Assembly (NCBI RefSeq): GCF_049655405.1
Contig: NZ_JBASJR010000013.1
Coordinates: forward strand, 162,968 to 226,967
Direction of reading: 5' to 3'
From: Zwartia sp.
GTDB taxonomy: Bacteria > Pseudomonadota > Gammaproteobacteria > Burkholderiales > Burkholderiaceae_B
DNA: 64,000 nucleotides
Positions 22,398 through 32,534 of this stretch are shown here, piece after piece (within the stretch, counting starts at the first letter, position 1; each line of letters starts with the position of its first letter). Position numbers and translations under genes: made by a program. The notes beneath the pieces were generated by a model. The model was not told the DNA's origin and did not search any database. It saw nothing but the letters and a program-made list of their open reading frames with translations.

Positions 22398-23234
22398 TTA
22401 GTAGGCCGAATGCCGATCGAGGCCCACTTCTTGAAGCACGGTTGTTGAAATCTCTTCGATCGACTTAGTTGTTGTCGATAACATCGGAATCGACTCACGT
22501 CGCATCAGCCGCTCGGCCTCAGCGACCTCGTGCCTGCACTGTGGCAATGAAGCATAAAGACTATCGGGGCGGCGCTCATGTCGAACTTCCATCAAACGCT
22601 CAGGCTGAATCGTCAAACCAAACAACTTGGCACGGTGTGGCATCAAAGTTGAGGGCAGTGCGCCTCGGTCAAAATCTTCTGGGATCAGCGGGAAGTTGGC
22701 GGCTTTAATGCCGTACTGCATCGCTAAATAAAGACTGGTAGGTGTTTTTCCGCATCGCGAAACTCCCACCAAAATTACATCTGCCTGCGCGAGTCCAGAG
22801 ACAAATTGTCCATCATCATGCGCTAGGCTGAAATTGATGGCTTCTATACGATTGCGATATTGGGTTGAGCTAACCGCCTTGTGAGACTTGCCGATCGAAT
22901 GGCTCGATTTCATGCCAAGGTTGTGCTCAAGCGGCTCGACAAAAGCACCAAACAAATCTAAAAACAACGCATTGGCAAGTTTGACACGCCCTAAAACGTC
23001 AGGGTTAACAAGTGTTGTAAAGACAATAGGGGGGGTTCCTTGATCCGCGGCGCACCGGTTAATCCGCTGGACAACGGTGTCCGCTTTTTCTACAGAGTCA
23101 ATAAACGGAACGCGTACTTGTCGAAAGGTCACTGACTCAAACTGAGACAAGACAGAATGACTAAAAGTTTCTGCAGTGATCCCTGTGCCATCAGAGATAA
23201 TAAAAACAGTGCGTTCGGTGGCGGGTGAGGTCAT
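22398..23234 (-). CDS. ppsR: PEP synthase regulatory protein (bifunctional kinase/pyrophosphorylase, DUF299)
   Basis: [13 protein letters not shown] and P-loop [16 protein letters not shown]. Divergent from ppsA as in enterobacteria. Confidence 0.9.
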   Translation of the reverse strand: MTSPATERTVFIISDGTGITAETFSHSVLSQFESVTFRQVRVPFIDSVEKADTVVQRINRCAADQGTPPIVFTTLVNPDVLGRVKLANALFLDLFGAFVEPLEHNLGMKSSHSIGKSHKAVSSTQYRNRIEAINFSLAHDDGQFVSGLAQADVILVGVSRCGKTPTSLYLAMQYGIKAANFPLIPEDFDRGALPSTLMPHRAKLFGLTIQPERLMEVRHERRPDSLYASLPQCRHEVAEAERLMRRESIPMLSTTTKSIEEISTTVLQEVGLDRHSAY

Positions 23235-23320
23235 GAATTTTGATCCGAAGTCGGGTGCCTGAGTAGTATAATGCAGTGCAACAATAGACTAGTATATAAG
23301 TCACCCCAGACAGCTCAGGC

Positions 23321-23398
23321 CAGTTTGGTTAGCGCATGCATCCTTCAGCACCATACTCTATTCACTAGAGTCGATGGGAGATGCAGTTCTAACCAAAC
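23321..23398. promoter_or_regulatory. Nested inverted repeats in the ppsR-ppsA divergent control region
   Basis: Perfect 11-bp inverted repeat AGTTTGGTTAG (23321-23331) / CTAACCAAACT (23388-23398) enclosing an inner hairpin ACTCTA-TTCAC-TAGAGT (about 23354-23370). A perfect TATAAT lies at 23267-23272 upstream. Confidence 0.3.
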
Positions 23399-23430
23399 TC
23401 GCTTTCTCACATTGTTATAGGGTGACTTTC

Positions 23431-25797
23431 ATGTCATATGTCGTGTCTTTTGAGCAGCTCCGCATGTCGGATGTTGACTCTGTTGGAGGAAAGAACGCCT
23501 CTTTAGGCGAAATGATTAGCCAGCTTGCAGATGCTGGTGTGCGCGTACCGGGCGGCTTTGCCACAACAGCCCAGGCCTTTCGAGACTTTTTGTCTGGAAC
23601 GGGGCTAGACACGCGCATCGCAAATCGTCTTTCAACACTGAATCCAGATGATGTCCGTGAGCTCGCGGTCGCGGGTGCTGAAATTCGTCAATGGATTGTT
23701 GATGCGCCACTACCTGAGCAGTTGCATCACGATATCAAATCTGCTTTTAGTGCGTTGGTTGCCGATGGAAAGGGTTCATTCGCTGTGCGCTCTTCCGCTA
23801 CAGCCGAAGACCTTCCTGATGCCTCATTTGCAGGTCAACAAGAAACGTATCTTAACGTCGTCGGTTTTGATGACGTGATTGATAAAATCCGCCACGTTTT
23901 TGCCTCCCTGTATAACGACCGCGCGATTTCTTATCGTGTTCATAAAGGTTTTGCACACGCGGATGTTGCCCTTTCTGCGGGTATTCAACGTATGGTGCGC
24001 TCTGACAAGGGTAGTGCTGGCGTCATGTTTACCCTTGACACTGAATCAGGCTTTGAAGATGTTGTGTTCATTACATCCTCTTATGGCTTAGGTGAGACCG
24101 TTGTTCAAGGTGCAGTCAATCCAGATGAGTTCTACGTTTTCAAACCAACACTGGCCTCGGGGCATTACCCCATCGTCAATCGACGCATTGGTTCAAAATT
24201 ACTCAAAATGGAATTTGACTCCGAGCGCACAGAGGGTCGAGCAGTTCGCACGGTAGATGTCCCTGTTTCTGAACGTAACCGTTTCTCCCTGACCGATGAT
24301 GAAGTCATTGAGCTCGCACGTTACGCAGTCATTATTGAAAAGCATTATCAGCGTCCGATGGATATCGAGTGGGGACGTGATGGTGTAGATGGAAAAATTT
24401 ATATTCTCCAAGCAAGACCTGAGACGGTTAAATCGCAACAAAGCAATAACGATGTCCAGCAACGCTATCGCCTCAAAGCGACGGGCAAGGTGATTGTGAC
24501 CGGACGTTCGATTGGTCAAAAAATTGGTTCTGGTCCAGTTCGCATTGTCAGCGACCTTTCTGAAATGGATAAAGTTCAACCCGGTGACGTGCTGGTTACT
24601 GATATGACAGACCCAAATTGGGAACCTGTCATGAAAAGAGCTTCCGCCATTGTGACCAATCGGGGCGGTCGCACCTGCCATGCAGCAATTATTGCGCGCG
24701 AACTGGGGATTCCAGCAGTAGTAGGGTGCGCAGATGCCACTGATCGACTCACAGAAGGACAACAAGTCACTGTGTCATGCGCAGAAGGCGATGAGGGCCG
24801 AATCTACGATGGTCTCATCGAAACTGAGATCGAAGAAGTTAGACGCGGCGAAATGCCTGACGTCGGTCTTAAGGTGATGATGAACGTCGGCAACCCACAG
24901 CTTGCCTTTGATTTTTCTCAAATCCCCAATGACGGCGTTGGACTGGCGCGTCTAGAGTTCATTATTAATAACAATATCGGCATACATCCTAAAGCTGTTT
25001 TGGATTATCCAAATGTAGATGCTGAACTCAAGATTGCAGTGGAGTCGGCTGCTCGCGGGCATGCGAGCCCACGTGCCTTTTTTGTGGAAAAACTCGCTGA
25101 CGGGATTGCTACGATTGGTGCTGCGTTTTATCCAAAGACTGTCATCGTCAGGCTATCAGACTTTAAATCAAACGAATATCGCAAGCTTGTCGGTGGCTCC
25201 CGTTATGAGCCCGAGGAAGAAAATCCAATGCTGGGTTTTCGCGGAGCATCGAGATATATCTCAGCGGACTTTGCTGAGTGTTTCAAAATGGAGTGTGAGG
25301 CCCTTAAGCGTGTACGCAATGACATGGGTTTAACCAACGTCGAAATCATGGTGCCGTTTGTCCGAACAGTCAAACAGGCTGAGCGCGTGATTCAGCTTCT
25401 GGCGTCACACGGCTTGGTACGCGGTGAGAATGGACTCCGTATCATCATGATGTGTGAAGTCCCGTCTAACGCAATTTTGGCGGAACAGTTCCTTGAGCAT
25501 TTTGACGGTTTCTCTATCGGCTCGAATGATATGACTCAGCTGACGCTTGGACTTGACCGAGACTCAGGCATGGAGTTGCTTGCGACTGATTTCGATGAGC
25601 GTGACGATGCGGTCAAATTCATGCTTAGACGTGCGATTCAAGCATGCTTAAAAGCAAACAAGTATGTGGGGATTTGTGGACAAGGACCCAGTGACTATGC
25701 TGATTTCGCGATTTGGCTCAAAGAAGAGGGCATCCTATCGATGTCCCTCAATCCAGACACAGTGGTTGAGACTTGGAAAAAACTAGCGAGCGTATGA
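23431..25797 (+). CDS. ppsA: Phosphoenolpyruvate synthase
   Basis: [13 protein letters not shown]-grasp start, phospho-His region [25 protein letters not shown]-terminal PEP-utilizer TIM barrel. ATG 23431 chosen (788 aa). Confidence 0.96.
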   Translation: MSYVVSFEQLRMSDVDSVGGKNASLGEMISQLADAGVRVPGGFATTAQAFRDFLSGTGLDTRIANRLSTLNPDDVRELAVAGAEIRQWIVDAPLPEQLHHDIKSAFSALVADGKGSFAVRSSATAEDLPDASFAGQQETYLNVVGFDDVIDKIRHVFASLYNDRAISYRVHKGFAHADVALSAGIQRMVRSDKGSAGVMFTLDTESGFEDVVFITSSYGLGETVVQGAVNPDEFYVFKPTLASGHYPIVNRRIGSKLLKMEFDSERTEGRAVRTVDVPVSERNRFSLTDDEVIELARYAVIIEKHYQRPMDIEWGRDGVDGKIYILQARPETVKSQQSNNDVQQRYRLKATGKVIVTGRSIGQKIGSGPVRIVSDLSEMDKVQPGDVLVTDMTDPNWEPVMKRASAIVTNRGGRTCHAAIIARELGIPAVVGCADATDRLTEGQQVTVSCAEGDEGRIYDGLIETEIEEVRRGEMPDVGLKVMMNVGNPQLAFDFSQIPNDGVGLARLEFIINNNIGIHPKAVLDYPNVDAELKIAVESAARGHASPRAFFVEKLADGIATIGAAFYPKTVIVRLSDFKSNEYRKLVGGSRYEPEEENPMLGFRGASRYISADFAECFKMECEALKRVRNDMGLTNVEIMVPFVRTVKQAERVIQLLASHGLVRGENGLRIIMMCEVPSNAILAEQFLEHFDGFSIGSNDMTQLTLGLDRDSGMELLATDFDERDDAVKFMLRRAIQACLKANKYVGICGQGPSDYADFAIWLKEEGILSMSLNPDTVVETWKKLASV

Positions 25798-25804
25798 GGT
25801 ATGT

Positions 25805-25832
25805 TTGGCCCGTCAAAGACAAGGCGGGCCAA
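25805..25832. terminator. Possible bidirectional hairpin between convergent ppsA and smpB
   Basis: 8-bp stem TTGGCCCG / CGGGCCAA with a 12-nt loop in the 55-bp convergent gap. No clear U-tract. Confidence 0.35.
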
Positions 25833-25852
25833 TGGAGAAATGCGCGCATACG

Positions 25853-26311
25853 CTAGTCGCGTGTGCGCGTATCGTGTTTCATTAAGCGTTCTTTTTCACG
25901 CGCCCAGTCTTTTTCCTGCGCGGCATCCCGCTTATCGTGCAATTTCTTGCCTTTGCCCAGACCGAAATCAAGTTTGATGCGACCATTTTTAAAGTGCAAA
26001 TTGATCGGGACTAATGCATAGCCACGCTGTTCGACTTTTCCAATCAGTTTGCTAATTTCTTCGGCCTTAAGCAAAAGCTTGCGTGTCCTCATCGCATCAG
26101 GATGGATGTGCGTTGAGGCAGAGTGAAGGGGACTGACATGCATCCCGAGCAGCCACAATGCACCGTCCAACACCACCACATAGCTTTCTTTGAGTTGAGC
26201 ACGCCCAGCGCGAATGGCTTTCACTTCCCAGCCCTGAAGGACAAGTCCAGCTTCAAAACGCTCTTCGATGGTGTAGTCGTGGAAAGCCTTCCGGTTTTCG
26301 ATAATGCTCAT
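25853..26311 (-). CDS. smpB: SsrA-binding protein SmpB
   Basis: [28 protein letters not shown], basic C-terminal tail, 152 aa. Confidence 0.96.
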   Translation of the reverse strand: MSIIENRKAFHDYTIEERFEAGLVLQGWEVKAIRAGRAQLKESYVVVLDGALWLLGMHVSPLHSASTHIHPDAMRTRKLLLKAEEISKLIGKVEQRGYALVPINLHFKNGRIKLDFGLGKGKKLHDKRDAAQEKDWAREKERLMKHDTRTRD

Positions 26312-26497
26312 AAGATCCCAGCGTCAATGACGCAATTGCAACAAAATCAGTTTCAACAAGCAATTTATCTATCAAAACTGCTCAAAAACACTCAATGATA
26401 ACTAATAATCGTTAAAATTCTGGTTACTAAATATTTCTAAAAATAAACACTTCGCACTGGCATATTGCCTATACAACAAAGTCGATCATAGGCTGAC

Positions 26498-27961
26498 ATG
26501 GTTTTTTCCTCACTGGTTTTTCTTTACCTGTTTTTACCAGTCAGTCTCATTATCTACTATTTGATAGGCTCAAGGATTCGTAGCCCAAGCGAAACTGGGG
26601 CGACTTCGACTCGCGGACACGCAACAAAAGCTCAAAATCTTATTTTGATTGCTGCCAGCTTCTTTTTTTACGGCTGGGGTGAACCCGTTTGGGTCGCACT
26701 ACTTGTCTTGAGCTCTTGGGTTGGATGGTTGGTCGGCATCTGGGTCGAACAAGCAAAAACAACGACAGGTAAAAAAATTGCTGTGTTTTTTGCTGTTCTT
26801 TCAAATCTTTGTTTATTGGCCACCTTTAAATATAGCGACTTTATTGTCGAAAACATTAACTATGCCTTTGTCACTGGTCTGAATAACCCTGGCTTTGCTC
26901 TACCGATCGGCATTTCTTTCTATACCTTCCAGATTCTTTCTTATGTTGTGGATGTTTATCGTGGTGAGGTGAGGGCACAGCGTCGCTTCCTGGATTTTCT
27001 GTTGTATGTGAGCCTTTTTCATCAGCTCGTGGCGGGTCCAATTGTTCGTTACGTCCACATCGCGAACGAAATTAACAACAGAATCCATACCTGGAGTGAC
27101 TTTAGCCAAGGGCTGCATCGCGTATGCGTGGGCTTGTTTAAAAAGGTGTTTATCGCGAACGTTGCCGGTGAATGGGCGCAACGTACCTTAGGCAGTGACT
27201 TATCAACCCTGTCGACTGCGGATGCCTGGCTGGGTCTCGCTATGTTTACGATTCAAATTTATTTTGATTTTTCCGCTTACTCGGACATGGCGATTGGCTT
27301 GGGCATGATGTTCGGCTTTCATTACCGGGAAAACTTTAACTATCCCTACATCGCAAAATCAGTCACAGACTTTTGGCGTCGCTGGCATATTTCACTCGGG
27401 ACCTTTTTTAGAGACTATGTTTATATCCCGCTCGGTGGAAACAAAAGTTGGGCCTTACGTAATTTATTCATTGTCTGGGCGTTAACTGGTTTTTGGCATG
27501 GCGCAAGCTGGAACTTTATGCTCTGGGGACTCTATTTTGGAGTCTGGATTGCGCTAGAAAGACTGTTTATTGAACGCCTATTAAATGCACTACCTATTGC
27601 AATCAGTCATTTGTACTTGATGATGATTGTGACGCTTGGCTGGGCGCTCTTTTACTTTACGGACTTGTCGCGCTTAATGGCATTTTTTCAAATACTCTTT
27701 GGAACAAGCCAAACTCCGACAATCGGAATTTCTACGCTTGATGATCTGGCTTCACACGCTGTTTGGATACTGATTGCTATTTTATGGTGCATGCCCGTTG
27801 GTGATTGGCTACAAAAGCATTTTCGCTGGTGTCGCTTTAATCAATGGTCAGCATCTGCACAAACGCTGACGTTACTGATGACTGATAGTTTTCTACTGTT
27901 GAGCTCAACGGCCTTGTTGGTCGGGCAAAGTTACAACCCTTTTCTTTATTTCCGCTTTTAG
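26498..27961 (+). CDS. MBOAT-family membrane O-acyltransferase (AlgI/PatA/DltB-like)
   Basis: Polytopic, 487 aa, with the MBOAT catalytic-His block FWRRWHISLGTFFRDYVYIPLGGN. Confidence 0.88.
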   Translation: MVFSSLVFLYLFLPVSLIIYYLIGSRIRSPSETGATSTRGHATKAQNLILIAASFFFYGWGEPVWVALLVLSSWVGWLVGIWVEQAKTTTGKKIAVFFAVLSNLCLLATFKYSDFIVENINYAFVTGLNNPGFALPIGISFYTFQILSYVVDVYRGEVRAQRRFLDFLLYVSLFHQLVAGPIVRYVHIANEINNRIHTWSDFSQGLHRVCVGLFKKVFIANVAGEWAQRTLGSDLSTLSTADAWLGLAMFTIQIYFDFSAYSDMAIGLGMMFGFHYRENFNYPYIAKSVTDFWRRWHISLGTFFRDYVYIPLGGNKSWALRNLFIVWALTGFWHGASWNFMLWGLYFGVWIALERLFIERLLNALPIAISHLYLMMIVTLGWALFYFTDLSRLMAFFQILFGTSQTPTIGISTLDDLASHAVWILIAILWCMPVGDWLQKHFRWCRFNQWSASAQTLTLLMTDSFLLLSSTALLVGQSYNPFLYFRF

Positions 27962-27963
27962 TT

Positions 27964-29772
27964 ATGACAAATCGCAGCGATCACGCCACGACATCACGCT
28001 CGACTCATCACGCATTTCATGCGCTGATGGTGATTGGACTCATCAGCGTATTTGGCGTTTTGTTTGCGCTGACCTTGCGACTCAATCAATCTGTCTCCGA
28101 ACTTGAAAATCGTCGCCTCGCCAACTGGCCGACCTTATCATCACAAACGCTTTTAGACGGCTCTTATTCGAGAGATATTGAAAAATACGTCGCAGACCAT
28201 TTTCCAGGCAGACGCTGGTTGACTGAAGCAGCATTTGCTATTCGTACTTACCGTGGAGTTCAGCTTGGCGATCGCGTCATTCAGTTCAAAGGTGCTGAAA
28301 CAGGTTTTGAAGATGTTAGTAAGTGGGCAAGTGCCACTGAAGATCCGTCCCCCGATGTACCGACTCAAACGCATGACACGAATGATGTTGCTGAATCTGA
28401 GGCGCCAGATCAACCAGCGAACACTGAACTTATCGTTGTCAACACACCCATCTCGCATGAACAAACTATCATCCCCAACATCTCAAATGTGGGGTCTGAC
28501 AAAGAATTAACCGTTGATCCAGTCTCAGAAAATGAAAAAAAAGAAGAGACGGAAACGAAGATGACTCCCCCAATGAACCTTCCATTAGAGACCCCTACGG
28601 ATTCTATTAAACCCTCCATTGAAGCACCTGAGGTCATCGCTTCAGTTGCTCCGCCCACGTCAATCGACTCTGCACCACCAAAACTCATCATTCCTCAGCC
28701 CACCAAGCCTATTGTCGTCGCACCTAAGCCCCCAGAAGCAAAGCAGTCAAGTCCCGTGGAGGCTACGCAGGCTAAGCCCTTGAATGTAGTAGGTGGAGTT
28801 TTATTGCATGAGGGACAAGCGCTATTTATGTTTCAAGGAACAGACCGCGGTGCACAAGGCTATGCGAATGCTGTCAACACCTGGGTGGAGCTCGTTGCAA
28901 AAAAACGTCCTGGCATGACATCGACTGTAGTTGTGACTCCGACAAGCAGTCATTTTTATCTGCCACCTGCAGCGCGCGCTAAAACAACTTCAGAACCCAA
29001 AAATCTAGCGGCGATGCGCGCAGCGTTACTACCTGAAGTGCGTTTTGCAGATGTCGTAACGGAAATGGAAGGTCATCAAGACGAAGCGCTTTTTTTTAAA
29101 TCAGACCATCACTGGACGGGGCTTGGCGCTTATTATGCCTATCGAGCCTGGGCGCGTGCCAATGGAGTGACGCCATTAGAGTTATCCGCCTTTAGTAAAC
29201 GCTCAGTTCCAGGCGTTGCTGGATCCTTTTGGAGTTTGACACAAGCGCCGGAGTTAAGAAATGCCGACAAGGAATCTTATTACTACGTTCCTACAACTGT
29301 GACCTTCGATGGCACGCAATATGCCGGTCCCCAACAGAAAACACCGATGCCTCAGCCCTTTTTCGCTGAAAAGAGCAGGGGTTATATCGTTTTCTTAGGT
29401 GGCGACATCCCTTTACTGGTTTCGAATACAAGTGCTGGAACAGGTCGTACGGCCTTAGTCGTGAAAAACTCTTATGGCAATGCTTTCGCTCCATATCTGC
29501 TTCCGCATTTTGATCGTGTTGTCGTGCTGGATTATCGTTACGTTTCTCGGAACATTCAGGACATCGTAGATACGTTCGGGGTGACTGACCTTGTTTTTGT
29601 CAACGCCACCATTACGGCTAACTCAGGCGCGCACCAGGAAAGAATGCGCCAAGTTGCGCGAGGCAGTTCAACGGCTTGGCTCACGGAAGCTGAAAAACGT
29701 CGTCTCAAGCAGCAAGAGGATGCCGCGGGAAAAACGCAAGCGTCTGCTGCAGTCAGTGATAAAGCACAATAA
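27964..29772 (+). CDS. DHHW-family (AlgJ/AlgX-like SGNH-fold) periplasmic O-acyltransferase with long low-complexity spacer
   Basis: N-terminal TM anchor (ALMVIGLISVFGVLFALTL) and the literal DHHW motif (FFKSDHHWTGLGAYYAY, 29104-29115). Starts 2 nt after the MBOAT stop. About 160 aa of Pro/Thr/Glu/Ser-rich sequence sits between anchor-proximal region and catalytic domain. Confidence 0.7.
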   Translation: MTNRSDHATTSRSTHHAFHALMVIGLISVFGVLFALTLRLNQSVSELENRRLANWPTLSSQTLLDGSYSRDIEKYVADHFPGRRWLTEAAFAIRTYRGVQLGDRVIQFKGAETGFEDVSKWASATEDPSPDVPTQTHDTNDVAESEAPDQPANTELIVVNTPISHEQTIIPNISNVGSDKELTVDPVSENEKKEETETKMTPPMNLPLETPTDSIKPSIEAPEVIASVAPPTSIDSAPPKLIIPQPTKPIVVAPKPPEAKQSSPVEATQAKPLNVVGGVLLHEGQALFMFQGTDRGAQGYANAVNTWVELVAKKRPGMTSTVVVTPTSSHFYLPPAARAKTTSEPKNLAAMRAALLPEVRFADVVTEMEGHQDEALFFKSDHHWTGLGAYYAYRAWARANGVTPLELSAFSKRSVPGVAGSFWSLTQAPELRNADKESYYYVPTTVTFDGTQYAGPQQKTPMPQPFFAEKSRGYIVFLGGDIPLLVSNTSAGTGRTALVVKNSYGNAFAPYLLPHFDRVVVLDYRYVSRNIQDIVDTFGVTDLVFVNATITANSGAHQERMRQVARGSSTAWLTEAEKRRLKQQEDAAGKTQASAAVSDKAQ

Positions 29773-29821
29773 GTTTAGTCAGCTACTCTACACATCAGTT
29801 TCGATTTATCAGGAGAATGTT

Positions 29822-31282
29822 ATGTCCCCGTCAAAGTCTTCAGTCGCTGTTAGACACACTCAGCGCGGGAGAGCCGTTCTCGTCTGTCTGCTCTCAAGCC
29901 TAAGTTTTACAATGGCATCCTGTGCACAAACAGATCGCACCTCACCACATACCACTCAACAATCGTCAACGACTGAATCACAGGCCCAAACGCCCAAGCT
30001 GCCTTCGGGCCCCAGACCGACTAACGGACTGCTTTTGGTGCCCGGAGATCGAATTGTTTGGCTAGGGGACAGCATTACTGCAGCTCATACTTATGGCCGC
30101 TATGTTGAAGCATTTTTCCTATTAAGAAGACCAGACTTGAACCTGACGTTTATCAATGCTGGAATAGGGGGGCATTCAGCGCTCAATGGTTTGAACAGAC
30201 TTGACTCAGATGTGTTGTCACAACGGCCTTCCGTTGTTGTCGTGAACTTTGGCATGAATGATGCAGCGTATCCAGCAGGAAGTCCGCATGCCGCATTTAT
30301 TCAAAATATTGATGCCACGATTGAGCGCCTCAGACAAGGTGGCGTTCAGCGCATTATTTGGGTTGAACCTACGCCCACTCACACCGCAGGTATTCCTGCT
30401 CAAGCCAAACTCTGGGATCGCCAAAGACAACTTGAGCGTCTTGTTGCCGAAATGCGTGCACATCAGGTGAAATCAGATGTGATTAAGGTGCAATGGCAAG
30501 ACCCAATGAAACAAGCATTAAATGCAGCGGCTGCCAAGCCTGATTTCAAACTGATTCCAGACCGTATTCATCCGAGCGCAGCAGGTCATGCTGTGATGGC
30601 CGCAGAGTTCTTACGTCAGATCGGTGCAGATCTTGAGCCGAGTGTGATTCAAAGCACGGTTAGTCAATCCACGATGGAGACAGAGTTTCGTCAAGTGGGG
30701 GCTGACGCCAAAAAGATCCAAAAAATTCGCAGTACTGTCGATCGCAATACGGGTGCCACTGTCAATGTTGCCAGTGCATTGCCCCCCGTTCCAATGCTCT
30801 ATAACGCTGAACAAAGCAAACTCCTTGGTAACAAATCACTAGAAGCTCTTAGGAGCTTGACTTGGCGTATACAAGGACTCGAGCAGAACACCCGCTACGC
30901 TGTGCAGATCGATGGTTTCAATGTGGGCCGCTTCTCAGGCGCTGAACTCGCAAGAGGGGTTGATGTGATGCCGTCAGATGCCAATCGAAAAACACTTTCA
31001 GTTTTGGCAAAGCGCGAACTTGAAGCTTGTACACTTAAAGACCAATATGTCTTTTTAAATGACTTTGAATGTCTGTTTGATATGCTCTATCAAAAAGATC
31101 AGTTACGTATGCTGATGAGACCTGATAGGGTAAGAGATCTACCCAATTTCGGCACGGTCCGTCTGACAACCTACACAAACTTTACCGATAGTTGGATCGA
31201 CTCTGCAAGTCGTGCCATTACCGAGCGAGCATTGCAAATGCGCAGCACACCTCACACGCTATCGCTTGTTCCGGTGCGTTGA
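29822..31282 (+). CDS. SGNH/GDSL hydrolase-family lipoprotein with about 200-aa C-terminal extension
   Basis: Lipobox-like signal (LSSLSFTMASC). SGNH blocks I (IVWLGDSITAA), III (VVNFGMNDA) and V (DRIHPSAAGH). AGGAGA SD before ATG 29822; the ORF-track start 29591 overlaps the previous gene. Confidence 0.7.
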   Translation: MSPSKSSVAVRHTQRGRAVLVCLLSSLSFTMASCAQTDRTSPHTTQQSSTTESQAQTPKLPSGPRPTNGLLLVPGDRIVWLGDSITAAHTYGRYVEAFFLLRRPDLNLTFINAGIGGHSALNGLNRLDSDVLSQRPSVVVVNFGMNDAAYPAGSPHAAFIQNIDATIERLRQGGVQRIIWVEPTPTHTAGIPAQAKLWDRQRQLERLVAEMRAHQVKSDVIKVQWQDPMKQALNAAAAKPDFKLIPDRIHPSAAGHAVMAAEFLRQIGADLEPSVIQSTVSQSTMETEFRQVGADAKKIQKIRSTVDRNTGATVNVASALPPVPMLYNAEQSKLLGNKSLEALRSLTWRIQGLEQNTRYAVQIDGFNVGRFSGAELARGVDVMPSDANRKTLSVLAKRELEACTLKDQYVFLNDFECLFDMLYQKDQLRMLMRPDRVRDLPNFGTVRLTTYTNFTDSWIDSASRAITERALQMRSTPHTLSLVPVR

Positions 31283-31287
31283 ACTAA

Positions 31288-32430
31288 TCAATCGTCTTTC
31301 AAACTTGGTTTGGGAATCATGATCATTGCACCTGCTTGCAAGCTAGTTCCCATGCGTAAGTGATTCATTTGACGAGTCCGGTTGGCATCCACACCCCATT
31401 TTTTTGCTAGGACATCTAGTGTTTGAGACTGATCCACAATGATTGATCGCCACTGTGAAAGTGGCTGATCGTATTGACGGTATTGCTTTTCAAAACGTTC
31501 GATTTTTGTGACCGGCAAGAGCAGCATTTGATTTTGTCCGGCAGGAATCAGAGTCTTGTTAAAAGATGGGTTCAAGTCAATAAACTCATCGCTTGAGATA
31601 TCGGCTAGTTTTAAAACAACACCAATATCAATGGCGTGCTTGACTTCGATTTGTGCAAAATAAGGTGCATTGGGAATCTCTGGCAAGGCCACATTAAATT
31701 GAGAGGGATTTTCAATAATTTGACGCAGTGCCAGAAGCTTAGGGACAAATACAAGCGTTTCTGCAGGAATATTCAGACTGAGGTAGTGAATAGGAAGCTT
31801 TCTACGTTTGTTGTTATCGATCGCTTTAGAAACGTTGCCAGGGCCCCAGTTATAGGCGGCGAGGGCAATATGCCAGTCTCCATATTTTGCGTAAAGTTCT
31901 TGCATGAGATCCAATGCAGCTTCTGTGGAGCGCACGATGTCACGACGGTCATCTTTAAACGGCGTATTCGCCAAATTAAGGTGGCGAGCTGCCACAGGCA
32001 TTAAGCCCCACAAACCAGCTGGATTAAGCCCCTTTCCACGACGCACATTGAAACTGCTTTCCAAAAAAGGAAGCAAAGCCAATTCGGCAGGCATGTTGCG
32101 CTTTTTAACCTCTTCTAATACATAAAATAAGTATGGCCTCGCAAGCGTTAGCGATTGTTGAAGATGTGTCCCGCTCGCCGAATAGTGCTTGATTTGACGC
32201 GCGACAAGAGGCGTATCAAGCGGTGCCAAGGCAAAGCTGCCTTGCATGGCCACCCAGATACTGACAGGTTGCACCTGCGATGCGGTCAATTGTTGGGCAT
32301 CTAAATCATCCGCTGCGGACTGCCCAATGTAAGCACATCCAGAAAGGATGATAAAAAAACAAAAGACGGCGGAAAGAAAGGCCTTATTCGTATTTGCGCA
32401 CGCAATGCGCAAAGACATGAAACGATTCAT
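31288..32430 (-). CDS. Membrane-bound lytic murein transglycosylase, MltD-like (SLT domain + LysM)
   Basis: Lipoprotein-like signal (IILSGCAY), SLT catalytic block LPFLESSFN...GLWGLMP, C-terminal LysM-like segment (LDVLAKKWGVDANRTRQMNHL...GAMIMIP). Confidence 0.8.
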   Translation of the reverse strand: MNRFMSLRIACANTNKAFLSAVFCFFIILSGCAYIGQSAADDLDAQQLTASQVQPVSIWVAMQGSFALAPLDTPLVARQIKHYSASGTHLQQSLTLARPYLFYVLEEVKKRNMPAELALLPFLESSFNVRRGKGLNPAGLWGLMPVAARHLNLANTPFKDDRRDIVRSTEAALDLMQELYAKYGDWHIALAAYNWGPGNVSKAIDNNKRRKLPIHYLSLNIPAETLVFVPKLLALRQIIENPSQFNVALPEIPNAPYFAQIEVKHAIDIGVVLKLADISSDEFIDLNPSFNKTLIPAGQNQMLLLPVTKIERFEKQYRQYDQPLSQWRSIIVDQSQTLDVLAKKWGVDANRTRQMNHLRMGTSLQAGAMIMIPKPSLKDD

Positions 32431-32534
32431 GTGGTTCAGCCCTATGTGACTCAGCCTAATTCAAGCTGACAGACGCTCCCTAAGATTAACGTCTAACGGT
32501 AAAATCCCATCATTCTAGCCAATAGTGATTAACA

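Noticed and set aside
24199-24765. 188-aa ORF antisense to ppsA
   Set aside because: Fully embedded opposite the conserved PEP synthase phospho-His region. Cys/Asn/Phe-rich composition is not protein-like.
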